A DNA stretch of 18,449 bases from an uncultured delta proteobacterium (GTDB lineage: Bacteria; Desulfobacterota; Desulfobaccia; Desulfobaccales; 0-14-0-80-60-11), in assembly GCA_963812015.1 (NCBI GenBank), contig CAWETI010000004.1, positions 1-18,449 on the forward strand, in the 5' to 3' direction. Positions within the stretch are counted from its first letter, which is position 1. The number at the start of each line of letters is the position of its first letter. The position numbers and the translations under genes are program-made. The notes below the pieces were generated by a model. The model did no database searches, was not told where the DNA came from, and worked only from the letters and a program-made list of their open reading frames with translations. This document shows, piece by piece, positions 16,709 through 18,449 of this stretch.

Positions 16709-18112
16709 ATGGGTCCTGAGTATGGCATGAGATGGGAAAGCGACAGTTTAGGGGAAATAGAAGTTCCGGCGCACCGTTACTGGGGGGCGGGGACCCAGCG
16801 CTCGCTGCTCCACTTTGCCATCGGCGAAGACTTGATGCCGCCAGAGGTGATCCGGGCTTTGGCCCTGATCAAGAAAGCCGCGGCCCTGGCCAACCAGGAA
16901 TTGGGGAGGCTTTCGGAAGATAAAGCCCAATTAATCATTCGGGCCGCGGCAGAAGTCCTGGAGGGGAAACTGGACGCCAATTTTCCCCTGCACGTCTGGA
17001 TGACGGGGAGCGGCTCGCAATGCAATATGAATGTCAATGAAGTGATCGCCAACCGGGCCATTGAGCTGGCGGGCGGGGTTTTGGGGAGCAAGGCGCCGAT
17101 TCACCCCAACGATCACGTCAATATGTCGCAATCCACCAACGACGCCTTTCCCACTGCCATGCACCTGGCCGCGGCCATCGCCATCCAGGCGCGTCTCATT
17201 CCCAAGCTAAAGAAGTTGAGGGACGCCCTGGACGAAAAGGCGGAAAGCTGGATGGATATCGTCAAGCTCGGCCGGACCCACCTGATGGACGCGGTGCCCC
17301 TCACTCTGGGCCAGGAGTTTTCCGGCTATGTGGGCATGCTGGACGACAACCTGGAGAGAATCCAGGGGGCCTTGCCCGGGCTCTACCGGCTGGCCTTGGG
17401 CGGCACCGCGGTGGGCACCGGCCTCAACGCCCCCACGGGCTTTGGGGACCTGGCCGTCAAGCGCCTGGCCGACCTCACCGGTCTCCCCCTGGTGTCGGCG
17501 GCCAACAAGTTTGCCGTTATGGGAGCCCACGATGCCTTCGTCATGGGGAGTGCGGTGCTGAAAACCCTGGCGGTGTCCCTTTACAAGATTGCCAACGACA
17601 TCCGGCTCCTGGGGAGCGGCCCCCGGGCGGGGCTGCATGAACTGGAGCTGCCGGCCAATGAGCCGGGGTCCACGATTATGCCCGGCAAGATCAATCCTAC
17701 CCAGTGCGAAGCCCTGGCCATGGTGGCCGTGCAGGTTATGGGTTACGATGCGGCCGTGGCCTTCGCCGGGGCCGGGGGATACCTGGAACTGAACATCTAC
17801 AAGCCGCTGCTGATCTTTAATGTGATCCAGTCTATCAAGATGCTGGCTGACAGCTGTAACAGCTTCACTGACTTTCTGGTGGTGGGCCTGAGAGCCGATA
17901 AGGAGCAGATCGACGCCCACCTGCATCGCTCTCTGATGCTGGTAACCGCCCTGAGTCCGGTAATCGGCTATGACCGGGCGGCCCGGATCGCCCATCTGGC
18001 CTTGGATCAGGGCCTGACGCTCAGGGAAGCCGCCCTAAAGCTCGGCTACCTCTCCGCTGAAGACTTCGATCGCCTGGTTGATCCTTTGAAGATGGCATAT
18101 CCAGATGGCTGA
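16709..18112 (+). CDS. fumC: Class II fumarate hydratase
   Basis: [75 protein letters not shown] signature; GGAG RBS. Confidence 0.96.
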   Translation: MGPEYGMRWESDSLGEIEVPAHRYWGAGTQRSLLHFAIGEDLMPPEVIRALALIKKAAALANQELGRLSEDKAQLIIRAAAEVLEGKLDANFPLHVWMTGSGSQCNMNVNEVIANRAIELAGGVLGSKAPIHPNDHVNMSQSTNDAFPTAMHLAAAIAIQARLIPKLKKLRDALDEKAESWMDIVKLGRTHLMDAVPLTLGQEFSGYVGMLDDNLERIQGALPGLYRLALGGTAVGTGLNAPTGFGDLAVKRLADLTGLPLVSAANKFAVMGAHDAFVMGSAVLKTLAVSLYKIANDIRLLGSGPRAGLHELELPANEPGSTIMPGKINPTQCEALAMVAVQVMGYDAAVAFAGAGGYLELNIYKPLLIFNVIQSIKMLADSCNSFTDFLVVGLRADKEQIDAHLHRSLMLVTALSPVIGYDRAARIAHLALDQGLTLREAALKLGYLSAEDFDRLVDPLKMAYPDG

Positions 18113-18350
18113 CCTGACCCCATATCCACGGGTGGTCTTCCTTTGCGATCAGGCTTATGATATATTGATCTTTGGATCACCACCGAGCCTGCACGCAACG
18201 GGGAAAACGTTCAAGAAGATCAAGTTGGGCTTTTGCCAACCGTTGGAGCATCTCAGCCCAGAGCAGGCCCAGGATGCGGCCCGGACGAAAAAGTGCTCTC
18301 GACCAGGGAAGGTGCGAAACCTAGAGTTATAAGTAGTTGATTTACCATAC

Positions 18351-18448
18351 GGAAGTGCGAGGTTCACTGGTGGGGCCCCCGGACTTCAAATCCGGTGTGC
18401 CGTCTGCTGAAGGCGGTAGGTGGGTTCGATTCCCATGCACTTCCGCCA
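18351..18448 (+). tRNA. selC: tRNA-Sec (anticodon TCA)
   Basis: 8-bp acceptor stem GGAAGTGC/GCACTTCC with G discriminator and CCA, anticodon arm CCGGA-CTTCAAA-TCCGG, long variable arm TGCCGTCT/AGGCGGTA, 5-bp T stem; 98 nt. Confidence 0.97.
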
Positions 18449-18449
18449 A

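Noticed and set aside
18105..18332. 75-aa ORF between fumC and selC
   Set aside because: No clear RBS or recognisable motif; cannot be supported as a gene.

Overview
High-GC bacterial chromosomal window, most consistent with an anaerobic Desulfobacterota-type organism (inference from gene content). Left third: a lactate-oxidation cluster with divergent lldG-lldH (LutC/LutB-type L-lactate dehydrogenase; lldH runs off the window and is missing from the ORF track) and glcD/glcF-like D-lactate dehydrogenase genes around a FadR/GntR regulator, with clear TGGTnnnACCA operators and sigma70 promoters. Middle: a small Cys/His-rich protein, a truncated DUF62 gene, cydAB, a MerR-type regulator with a Cys-rich C-terminus followed by mobB and mobA, and tRNA-Glu(CTC). 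Right: between tRNA-Glu and tRNA-Sec (selC), intact malic enzyme, aldehyde dehydrogenase and fumC alternate with decayed fragments of sdhB/frdB, P5C dehydrogenase and acetolactate synthase. Three REP-like palindrome families and inverted heptamer arrays occupy intergenic spaces. No CRISPR, integrase or transposase was seen. Best leads: the MerR/Cys-rich regulator with its palindrome and apparently leaderless start, the non-canonical N-terminal domain on the malic enzyme, the ArsD-like Cys/His protein, and the gene-remnant island. All family assignments are by motif recognition, not database search.
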